Assembly: GCA_002633005.1 (NCBI GenBank)
Contig: NMRA01000156.1
Span: 359,872 to 423,871 of the forward strand
DNA length: 64,000 nt
From: Phoronis australis
Lineage: Eukaryota; Animalia; Phoronida
Direction: 5' to 3'
A program made the translations under genes and the position numbers. The notes beneath the pieces were generated by a model. The model searched no databases, was not told the origin of the DNA, and was given only the letters and a program-made list of their open reading frames with translations. This document shows positions 24,501-34,029 of the stretch, one piece after another (the first letter of the stretch is position 1; each line of letters opens with the position of its first letter).

Positions 24501-27500
24501 ATCAAGCAATGGGGAGTGACTAACAATGGAATTTATTCGTCTGCTTTTATAGTTGTGAACCACTGTGCAGTAATCGAATTTCTGTTCACCAAATCTGATT
24601 CGTAACCAATCGTAAGTCACTTTCGTGTTCGTGCTCTCATTACTGTAGAGAGCTCCAATATGATCCCCTATTGTAACAGTATGTTGTTCATGAGTTTTAA
24701 GAAAGTTTTAAAACTCCTTGGAAGATGTCACGCAACTGAAAAAATATTGCAGGCGACCTGGTACTCGTTGTACCAGACGTGCGCTGATCACCTAAAACCA
24801 TTTCTATTATTTTTTATTAACATATACTTAAAGCCGAGCTGAGGAGCTAGAGGCTTCACTCAAGAGTCTAGCAATGTTCCTCAGTGGGTTTCGAACCCAC
24901 GATCTTGAGTAAAGTAAGCGGAAACTTATCCCACTAGGCCACACTGCCGCACTAAGAAACGAAGACTTGTCCTCTTCAGAAGGACACAGAATCACCGACT
25001 CAACCACTTCAGTTAAATGCCACGCTAATGCCGTTTGGTCACAGCAGCGTAACTATAAGATCACACTCTGCGTATATTTTAGAGCTGTTTGTTCGCAGCA
25101 AATGCCCAGCACTGATGAAAATTGTTTTGACAATCCTATTGGGATGTACATTTTACGTCGTTTTATGTTGCTTATAGGACATTTAGAGGCGCTAAGAAGT
25201 TCTTAGACTCCAATTATTTGATTAAGTATACAAACATACCAAAATAACAAATAATGTTTTATGTCTACTGTGCAACCTTTCTTAAATGTGAAAGTGAACA
25301 AGAACGGCCCAATGAAATCAGTAAGTTTCCAAATATGGAAGTCAACACAGAAGTAGTGAACAGTTGCACTAGGAACACTTCGGGTATTATCGAGGACTCA
25401 CGATTCTCGTCGGATGTGTTTCACTTATGCACATGTGGGAATCTCCGTCTTAACAGCAATTCTAGAGACATATACGTGCCCTCAATCATTGTTATGGCAT
25501 GCATGTCCCTTAGACCATGAGAACGTCTACGTTGAAGAAGTAACAAAAAGGTAATCCGAGAAGTTCCTCCTCACTGAGTCCATGGATATACTTCACAATG
25601 CATTTACTCTCGTTTGTGGCGGTTACATGGCACTAGTCCGAAGGTGCATTAGTCCAAAGGTGCAATAGTCCAACAAAATGTAAGATTTCGTAGTGTTAGT
25701 TGTAGTGGCGCAGGCTTACCTACCGAAAACAACTGCCTGCCGAGTACCAATGCATTTTGTTCGGGTTTCCTGGACGTGCGAAATCGGACTTGAAAGCATG
25801 CCTTGAGTGGTTACTGCGCAACATTCCGAAAATCAGTGCGATTCAGGTACAGTGCTACACCTCACAATGTATCAGTGAGTTTCGTAGAATGCCTACAAAA
25901 TTTCATTTTAATGCTTTATGGCTCAGTACCACCTTATTAGTGAGTAGACCTTCGGACTAGTGCACATTCGGAATAGTAAGTTGTTACCGTTTATGCCGTA
26001 CCTTGAAACTTTGCTATTCCAGACTGTCACAAAACCAGCTTTCATTAGGAATTCGCTACCGACATCAGGTTTTACAAACAATGCAATCACGAGTCACGTG
26101 AAAGTTAGTACTGACTATCCGGAAATCGTATGAAAAAGTTGACGTAATAATACAACTCACACTTCTTCACAAGTCCATAAGACTTGGTGAAACCGCTGAA
26201 ACTGGTTTGAGATCAATGATAGAAGACCATCAGGCGGGAAAAGTGGATAACTAAAAAAATTTCCACCACCTCATCAAATTTCAGACAAAAAGATCAGAAC
26301 CGACCATGCTTTTTGGCCTAATTGGAAAGGGACTACATCTGGATTTTTCAGGTGGCTTGAACGTCTGGTAGACAGATTGATGNGGTTACTGCGCAACATT
26401 CCGAAAATCAGTGCGATTCAGGTACAGTGCTACACCTGCTACAATGTATCAGTGAGTTTCGTAGAATGCCTACAAAATTTCATTTTAATGCTTTATGGCT
26501 CAGTACCACCTTATTAGTGAGTAGACCTTCCGACTAGTGCACATTCGGAAGAGTAAGTTGTTCCCGTTTATGCCGTACCTTGAAACTTTGCTATTCCAGA
26601 CTGTCACAAAACCAGCTTTCATTAGGAATTCGCTACCGACATCAGGTTTTACAAACAATGCAATCACGAGTCACGTGAAAGTTAGTACTGACTATCCGGA
26701 AATCGTATGAAAAAGTTGACGTAATAATACAACTCGCACTTCTTCACAAGTCCATAAGACTTGGTGAAACCGCTGAAACTGGTTTGAGATCAATGATAGA
26801 AGACCATCAGGCGGGAAAAGTGGATAACTAAAAAAATTTCCACCATCTCATCAAATTTCAGACAAAAAGATCAGAACCGACCATGCTTTTTGGCCTAATG
26901 GGAAAGGGACTACATCTGGATTTTTCAGGTGGCTTGAACGTCTGGTAGACAGATTGATGCATTCTTTGCGCACGCGCATCACGAACGCGCGCAAATCCGC
27001 TCAAGAAAAGAAGGACAGGGCGGAAAACGTGAGGAATCGACTCAATCTCGTGCGCACGAAGTCAAAGATGGTTCTTGAACAGCTTGAGGAAAAATTGGTG
27101 CAGGAAGTAGACAGCATAGTCGACAAAATTTTTCACCATCTCCATAAAGAGGAGACAATTCGCTCATTACAAGATTGGAACGAAAGCACGGTAGGCCTAG
27201 TCATCAGCCCGTAGGTTGCATTTGTATACACCTTTTGCTATTTCTGTAGTGACATTTGATCCAATTTTTTAATGAGGCACATGAAACATAAGAGACCCTA
27301 ATAATACGATTTCCAAAATGAAAGTGTATTTTGTGATTGCTCATTCTCGACAATATTACCGAATTCGCGGATTCATTGATAAGGTGCATTGAATTATCAG
27401 GTGCAATATGGAAAACTGCATTTGATGTTGCATGCAATTAGGCAACAAGACAGCTACAAAATGACAGATCCGTTATTTTTCTACTTTTAAATAATAGCTT

Positions 27501-30500
27501 GTATGAATGAACCCAAATACCATAAATTTTGTTTTCAAGATAATGTATTAATAGACAAGTGACATCCCTGTACTTACGCGTTGTCTTGGTACGTTTGAAA
27601 ACAGAAAAAATATAAGGTGAATTACCTGTGCCCTGTGGCAATACAAATGTTTCCACGTAATCTATCACTATGTTATTATTAGGACGAGGATTTTTAAACA
27701 CTTCCAGATACCGGACGCTGACACAATGGAAAACGTACACCTGCGAGCTTCCGTTCTAATTCAGGAAGCGTTGGAAGACGAAATAAGAGGTTGGGACGAA
27801 CGGAACGGTTTCTTTCGATTGGCACGCGAAGATCTCTTCAATCACTTTAAACAACAGTTCAATTTAGTCGACAGCGAACTTCGTCAGATTCAAGGAAGTA
27901 TGGAAGGGGATGGTGGATCCGCCGAGCCGACATCTAGTCCTCTTGGAACGCACGTTGGCGATCAGCTTTTCTCTCAAAGCGAGAAAGTCATCATAACTCT
28001 TACTGCACCTCTTTGGGTTCCATTAGCCTTAGTCGCTGCCGTCATAGCACTTCCCATCATAGGCGGCCTCGCTGCTCACGAAAAGCTCCAGCAAAACTTG
28101 CAGCTTCGCAAATACAAAGCCAACCGAGTTGCTTGCATGAAAGAATGGACCCAAAAGACGATCGACAGCTTGCAGAAGAAGGACATCAGAGAAGGGGTAG
28201 TAGAAAAACAGCTAGAAGAACTGAAAGAATCTATCCGTCACATGAGAGACTTGATTCCGCGCATCATTGAGGCAGACGAAGACCTCATCAATGCTGTTGA
28301 AGCTGACGCAAGGAGTATGAAGAAGCAACTGAAGCACTATAACCCGCTGTACAGAGAATGTGAAAACATTCGTGGACTTTTGTACTTCTTTAGCATTCGT
28401 CATCTTAAGGAGTTTACTCACACGATCGACGATCTTAAGTGGGACGAGCGAACGTTTATAGCCAGTGGATCGTTTGCCAGTGTTTTCAAGGTGCCAATGA
28501 AACAGCCGGATGGCACTTACAAAGACGTGGCTGCAAAGAAGATGAAGGACACCGTTTCTGACTCCAATATAGGAGATTTCTGCTCGGAGGAAGAAACGCT
28601 CAGGTAAGCATGATGATGCAGACAGGAACCACGCCTCAGAACAGGTACACCGACGTAGTCTGCACTTCCAGACAATTCATATACGTCTCTTAAAACATTT
28701 CTAGTCATAAAAAAGGTAGTGGTCAACCTACCACTTTCCGCAGTAGGGGAAAATTTACCACTCACCGCATGAATTCTTGCCTCTGACCAAATTTGATGTG
28801 TGGAAAGTGCTACCAGTGTTTGGTTCAAGCTCAACTTCCATGATAAGGTTTTATGATCGGGTTAAAGTTCAGGTGGTTCCAGAATCCTCTTATCCTCTTC
28901 CGAGGTACGTTTAGATAGATAATTCTTTTTAGATAGATAGTTTGTATTTTCAGTTTCAGAGTAAACATAGAACATTAGCCGGTGGCTATTATCACTGGCA
29001 ATTTAACATAATCGGCACACATCAGAAACAAGCGAACAAACAAGACACTACATCCAGGCTACCTAAAACCACACACGTTTCTCTTGAAATCGTTAAGTGA
29101 TTGACTCTCCTAATGTCTGGGTAGAGAATTCCGCAGCCGCGCACCATAAGATCGGGGAGAATTTAGCCCGTACCTCGTGGTTCCGGGATGACTGACATGA
29201 AGTGACTCACTTGATCTTAAATTGTACGGGATTTCTTTCACGTCAAACAGGTCCCACATAAAACGGAGACAAGTGGTGCACGGTCTTGAAAACCTCAACC
29301 AGGATAGAAGGCTTAGGCCTAAGATCAAGCGAGGGAATGCTCGATCTTAATAACAAACCCTCATACCCAGTAGCACAATCCTAAAAAACAAATTTCAGAG
29401 CCCTCTGCTGAAGTTTTTTGAGTTTCCAAGAGAGTGTTGAGCCATAAAAGCTCCAAACAAGATTACAGTAATTAAAATGACATGATATAAAGCAATTAAA
29501 AGTTGCTTATTCTTGAGTTAGTCAAGAACAGATGACAGTCGTTGTAGAACAGCCAGCTGTAATGCAGCCTTTCTGCAAACCCTATTGACGTCAGTATCAA
29601 CTACTAATCTATGATCAATCTCAATACCCAATAGTTTGACATGGGGTTCGGGTTTTATCACGAAGGCTTTAAAGGTATATGCGAACTGTGCAAGGCAAAT
29701 AAAATTTGTCCGGAGTGGCCTCCATAAGGCTGTCATCAAACCAGGAGGTAGTCTGGTGGCCGTCTACTGTAGTTTAATGGCAAGTTGATCCGGACAAAGA
29801 CCATGTACAGAAATGGGGGTATCGTCAGTTTGTGCTGACCATAATTATTACTCATTATAGTGAAATGTCTAATATCTACCAAAATATATTTTCATTATTT
29901 TAAAAAGTTATTATAATTACTATGAGAGGTTTAGGCGTTCTCAAAGGTATTCGCTTTGCTGTGAGATAGCGATAGGACAGTTCATTCTGCATTCTTGTAT
30001 GGATTCAATGCAGTGGGATAATTTTCAGTGTTTTTCACAAATTCTTGTTGAGTCGCGAGTTATTGTGTGATTCCAACATCTCAAAATCGCCGTGAAGGAG
30101 ACACTGTGTTTCGACTTTGTCAACTCGGCCCGTCTTGCATGCCGCAATTTGAAACTGGGTCAAGTGAATGGCCCTTTTTTGCTCTCGCAACGCTTAAGAG
30201 TTGTGCGTAGAACGCGTTCGTTTCCTGAGCTTAAGGCCCATTTCGCCTCGTTTCAGGCTGTTACGTCATAAGTACGTTGTGAGATACATCGCCACAATTT
30301 ACTGGGTAGACAAACAAGACGATAACCTCATCATGCTGACAGAGTTGTGCTCGGGGACCCTGAGGGATGCAATATTCAAACGGCCAGAAAGGATACCTGC
30401 TCGACACCATCGTAACTTCATTCACCAGAGAAAGGCCTTCGCCTACATAGCACCGATGGCACGGCAGCTTGCCGAAGCTATTGCCTTCATTCACTCCAAG

Positions 30501-32191
30501 GGGTTTATTCACAGGGACCTCAAGCTGGAGAACGTTTTGGTACGCAGTCTTTTATTGAAAAAAGTTTTATATCCATGTTCCGAGGAACGCTTTGTATCAA
30601 CGGTAAATGAAGCCGTTCTTCGACAAAATGAATTTCTTCCGGGTCCTCGGGACTGCCTTAAAGATACATGTACTGTTTTCTTTATATTCTCCGCTTTATA
30701 GAAACTATACGGGTCTCACCTATATAGAGATCACACTGAAATGGCGAAGCACGACCTGAAAATTTCACCATTGTATGCATGTGCACTTAAACGATCTAGT
30801 TACTGAATTTCACAAAAAGTGAAATACACTGTCATTCAATAGTGGTGGCCATTTTGTTAATGCTGTATCAAAAGTCGCAAGAAATTGACCTGAAAATTTT
30901 GTGTTAAATGTCACTTAATTAAAAAAATGATGGTATGATAAAAGGTCGTCCTTTAGGAAAAATTTTCCCGCTTCGAGTTCGTTTCATGGGGTCCGTTTCA
31001 TGAAAGCAATTTAAAACTTAAGACAAAAGATTGTTTGTGCTCCAAGCAACTACTTCAGTAAAATAGTTAAACTTCACTTGTGCATAAGTTCAAAGTTTCT
31101 CAGACAATACATATAAGTGCTAGTTACTAAGATAATTTCTACAAATTATTTCTAGTCTGTGATGGAGTTAGGATTACTTGGCTTGATTTTTTTCCAAAAA
31201 CAATTGTGAAATGGGAGCGTAGGACCAAGTTTCTGTCCAAGTCTTAAGTCACTTATCATGAAACAGGTCCAATTTTTTTTCCGACATGAGATGAACTGAA
31301 CATTTTTTTTCTTATTCCCTACCAAGGTATAAGCACACAAAATTGCTATTATTTTATTGCAGGAGTTGTGACCCGTGGAATCGCGTGTTTTGTCAATATT
31401 TGATATGAATCTTATTAAAATCAATGGAACTTTGGTTTAAAAGTCACGCTAAATGAGAGCAACACTAAACAATCCATTTGGATCTGTCGTATGAATTGAC
31501 GAAATCTGATGTGGCCGGTACTCGTTGACAAATGTCTCTAGTCGTTTTTCGTGTGAAAATAGGCTGGCATTTTAAATTTTATGATATCTTAACTTATGAT
31601 TTATTGGTACGATTTTTTAAGGTCACGAATGACGAGACAACAATCAAAGTAAGTGATGTGGGCCTGACGAAAGCAGCGAGCGAAATCTCTGGGACACTGT
31701 GTGGGACAGTTTCATATCTTCCACCCGAAGTGCTAGAATCGCAGCCGTATAACAACAGAGCGGATATTTACAGTTTCGGAATGGTTCTCTATGAAATGTG
31801 GTACGGAAAGAAAGCATTTCACGATATCATTGACAGCGTCACGGACCAGTTTCATTTTGTCCAACTCGTGAAAAATGGTGAGAGACCAAATCTAAAAATA
31901 CACGCCATGGGTAGCCCCTGTAAACAATGGACGTCGTTAATGGAACAGTGTTGGCAAAAAATACCCGAAAAACGGCCATCGGCTCAGGAATGTTTCAAAA
32001 TGATAGATATGACTTGCAGCCACGATTTCATTGAAGAAACTTTCCCAGATCCGTCAAAGGCGAAGCCCGTGCTAACTGAAGGAAAAACGACTGTGTTGTA
32101 CACCAGAGAACCTGGATCGCGACCCACGCGTGACCGGGGCATGGGGAAGCAACGAAGTCGAGAACTGGAAAGGGAAGTTTCCAATTTATAA
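15379..32191 (+). CDS. Gene B: dynamin-like (BDLP/mitofusin-type) GTPase fused to a TKL/DSTYK-like protein kinase, 1059 aa
   Basis: join(15379-15549,16584-16794,21719-22032,22243-22383,22835-23050,23960-24075,26929-27190,27708-28603,30257-30539,31622-32191) = 3180 nt, open frame, all GT-AG introns. GTPase motifs GETSAGKSS, SATSVIC, DSPGIGE, NKWD; kinase motifs VAAK, alphaC Glu, HRDLKLEN, DVG, YLPPE, DIYSFG, CW..PEKRP. Confidence 0.92.
16584..16794 (+). CDS. Gene B coding exon 2
   Basis: TTTTAG|ASDVIKEIIEKDAKQRNDL...NNECPILVAG|GTAAAT; not in the ORF track. Confidence 0.88.
17783..18906. mobile_element. Non-autonomous TIR element (14-bp TIR CATTACCAGCAATA)
   Basis: CATTACCAGCAATA at 17783 and TATTGCTGGTAATG ending 18906; the first 55 bp recur at 61654-61709; no clear TSD. 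Confidence 0.65.
18963..19317. repeat. 37-bp minisatellite, array 1
   Basis: Tandem ATACATATTGGTGTTCTATTCAGTATACATATGTCAT; ORF translations repeat every 37 aa (3 units). Confidence 0.95.
19318..19848. other. Assembly gap
   Basis: Run of N following the minisatellite. Confidence 1.
20421..20957 (+). repeat. Near-identical copy of 18425-18962
   Basis: Both start TTAGGC.CTG.AACCAAAGTAGCTATGTCAGG and run into the same minisatellite; scattered substitutions. Confidence 0.9.
20958..21530. repeat. 37-bp minisatellite, array 2
   Basis: Same unit with point variants and shortened units. Confidence 0.95.
21719..22032 (+). CDS. Gene B coding exon 3 (P-loop)
   Basis: AAG|GETSAGKSSLLNLILGEDVLP...VEIYWPIPLLQ|GTAGGT. 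Confidence 0.92.
22243..22383 (+). CDS. Gene B coding exon 4 (G3)
   Basis: TTTCAG|GNVFIVDSPGIGENEEM...NAGGVQEDR|GTAAAA. Confidence 0.92.
22835..23050 (+). CDS. Gene B coding exon 5 (G4)
   Basis: TTTTAG|LERLLDAV...VFNKWDQVP...YMSTTE|GTGAGA. Confidence 0.92.
23390..23533. mobile_element. GC-rich MITE-like repeat
   Basis: CATGGGCAGCGCACC...GGTGCGTCGCCCATG inverted ends with an internal duplication; related copy at 43480-43573. Confidence 0.6.
23960..24075 (+). CDS. Gene B coding exon 6
   Basis: CCGCAG|AIRRMRSGAGETESFSALMNGIQNLVPTSLQMKIVRHY(E)|GTAAGT; aligns with gene A exon 6. Confidence 0.88.
24800..24948 (-). mobile_element. tRNA-derived SINE or tRNA pseudogene
   Basis: Minus strand GGCAGTGTGGCCTAGTGG (A box)...GGGTTCGAAACCCAC (B box), then a short body and an A-rich tail; acceptor and anticodon stems do not pair well. 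Confidence 0.6.
25809..26959 (+). repeat. Tandem 575-bp duplicate around single N 26383 (probable allelic overlap)
   Basis: 25809-26382 and 26384-26959 differ at only about 7 sites and meet exactly at an N. Confidence 0.9.
26929..27190 (+). CDS. Gene B coding exon 7 (helical stalk)
   Basis: TTTCAG|WLERLVDRLMHSLRTRI...WNEST|GTAGGC; coiled-coil character. Confidence 0.88.
27708..28603 (+). CDS. Gene B coding exon 8 (stalk, hydrophobic hairpin, kinase N-lobe)
   Basis: TTCCAG|IPDADTMENV...SEEETL(R)|GTAAGC; contains the 293-aa ORF of the track. Confidence 0.92.
29100..29650 (-). mobile_element. CR1/L2-group LINE RT 3' fragment, decayed
   Basis: VKLLGIEIDHRL...VCRKAALQLAVLQRL and YNLRS...YGLNSPRSYGARLRNSLP, typical RT thumb and C-terminal motifs. 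Confidence 0.75.
30257..30539 (+). CDS. Gene B coding exon 9 (catalytic loop)
   Basis: TTTCAG|LLRHKYVV...FIHRDLKLENVL|GTACGC. Confidence 0.92.
31622..32191 (+). CDS. Gene B last coding exon (kinase C-lobe and tail)
   Basis: TTTAAG|VTNDETTIKVSDVGLTK...CGTVSYLPPE...CWQKIPEKRP...stop TAA. Confidence 0.92.
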   Translation, partial: VTNDETTIKVSDVGLTKAASEISGTLCGTVSYLPPEVLESQPYNNRADIYSFGMVLYEMWYGKKAFHDIIDSVTDQFHFVQLVKNGERPNLKIHAMGSPCKQWTSLMEQCWQKIPEKRPSAQECFKMIDMTCSHDFIEETFPDPSKAKPVLTEGKTTVLYTREPGSRPTRDRGMGKQRSRELEREVSNL

Positions 32192-32774
32192 TTCCGTGGA
32201 CAAACGTGATATCACCGTTGTTTAGACCACTTCTGAAAAGAACTCATTCACACATTGTGACGATAAATGGACACTGTTGGTTTGGGTATAGCACTATTTT
32301 GGCTCTTTATTAGTGTATGCACACGAAAATGCGACTTTTGAAAATGGACTTAAACGCGTAAAAGATTTTTAGCCTCTTAGCCAGCTTACTAACGACTAAG
32401 CGGAGTGCACAAAAAAATCTTGCGACTCGCGCTTACTGGTTGAAATAAAAAGTGAAAAACGACAGCCAGCATCATATAAACCAACGTCTCGTTTTTTTAA
32501 GAACTGTACAAAGGCGCGTAAGCAAGGGTAAGTCTGGTTAAGGTCACGAGTAGCTAAGCCATGCATAATTTAAGTGCTAGAAAAGTCCACAGATCTTGGT
32601 TTAGACTCTTTAATGGACATGTGATCACCATCATGGCGGTGCAAAATACCGCGATATTGGCCGCGACTTTTATGAACTGTCAGTGTCATTGGTTCTGTCT
32701 ATTGTTCATAATAAATTACTTCAGCCCGCTAAACTCCGATTCTCGCTTTTTTTGTGCCGCCCGCCGGTCGTAGA

Positions 32775-32890
32775 TTAAGGGAACTTTTCAGAGATTCACT
32801 AGAATCGTCGAGTATAATAACTGCATCATCGGCATACTGCACTATTCTATAAGACCTGGTGTTTGCACCAATTTCTTTTATTCCAGAGTT
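32775..32890 (-). mobile_element. L1/Tx1-type RT fragment
   Basis: RIVQYADDAVIILDDSSESLKSSLNL contains the YADD catalytic motif. Confidence 0.65.
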
Positions 32891-33279
32891 TTGCCTGAAC
32901 AGGACACCCATACCCTGTCTGAAGGCGTTTCTGGACAATTTGACAAGTTTTAGGCTCTTTGAAATGAATGTTGAATCTTTTAGTCGTTTTTTTTTTAGAA
33001 AAACGCCATTTTGATATCGCAGCGGTCAAAACGACCTCGCGAAGTACCTCGTTTAAGTCAATTTTTAGCGGCAGTGACTGTTTCCGTGGAAGTCATCAGA
33101 TAACTCCATTTGACCTATGATTTTGTCATATAGTGTAGCCAGGAATGATAACTCTCCGTATTAAAAGACAAAACATGGGGTTCCACCCCAAAACATAAAC
33201 CAAAACATCCGGGCATTCAAAGATGGCTTTTTAAGGGTTATAATCAGTTTAAGAGTCGGTAATTGCTGGGTAGTAAACA

Positions 33280-34029
33280 CCGGTGACCTAAAGTCGTGAA
33301 TACAGCTGATTGTCATACTACCCAATGTCCGTTAGCAACTGCTCATGTGATGTCATGGACATATATCAGCCTTCACAAATATGCGTGTTTTGTCAATCTC
33401 AACCCTTATTTGTCTCTGTAAGCAGAGTTTTGAAACGGTCGCTGATATCGCCGGCCATTTTCAATGAGGCCCGTTTTAAAGTCGTAACCGTTTCGTTTAG
33501 ACGGAAATGCACAGTGCTTACAGCTACTCTAGACGACATAAAAAGGCATTGCAATGTTTATTAATTCAGTTTCAATTAAAATGAATTGTTATGTGTTTTG
33601 CACCCAACTTCGATGTGCACAGACGTTTCCAATGAGGTTGTTTACGTAAAACGCTAAGAACCCGGCATTTTATTGCTTTGGCCTTACAAAACTTGATCGA
33701 CTCTGGCCCATTTTAATACACTGTGCAAGCCACCCCTGGAACGCGGGTTACAACAAATATGAACGATGTTTAGTTTCAAAAATATATTCTGAAAATGCAC
33801 AAAAAGTGGATTAGTGAAATATGCTGTTTTCAAGATACATTTGAAAAAAGAAGCCACTCACTCACTGTTTATTATCATACTGTGAATATCAACACGTCCA
33901 GGTATTCGTTTGACGTTCGTAAGCAGACGAACGCTTGAAACTTCAACGCTAGACGTCGCGGGACTGGGCAAAAGAGGAAATAAGATCGTGCACGACTTGA
34001 GGGCACTCACGACCTTAGGTACTCCGACG
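33280..34029 (+). mobile_element. About 750-bp non-autonomous TIR element, copy 1
   Basis: ACCTAAAGTCGTGA...TCACGACCTTAGGT inverted ends; aligns over its length with 47712-48512. Confidence 0.8.

Noticed and set aside
26352-26382. Alternative or duplicated exon 7
   Set aside because: Ends at a single N within a near-identical duplicate; best explained as an assembly overlap.
51-32191. Bacterial contamination or recent horizontal transfer of the BDLP-like genes
   Set aside because: Both genes have many spliceosomal introns at shared positions filled with animal-type transposons.
15379-32191. Calling gene B mitofusin, classical dynamin, LRRK/ROCO or DSTYK by symbol
   Set aside because: Mitofusin and dynamin have no kinase; no LRR, Roc or COR features are visible; DSTYK orthology cannot be shown without a phylogeny.
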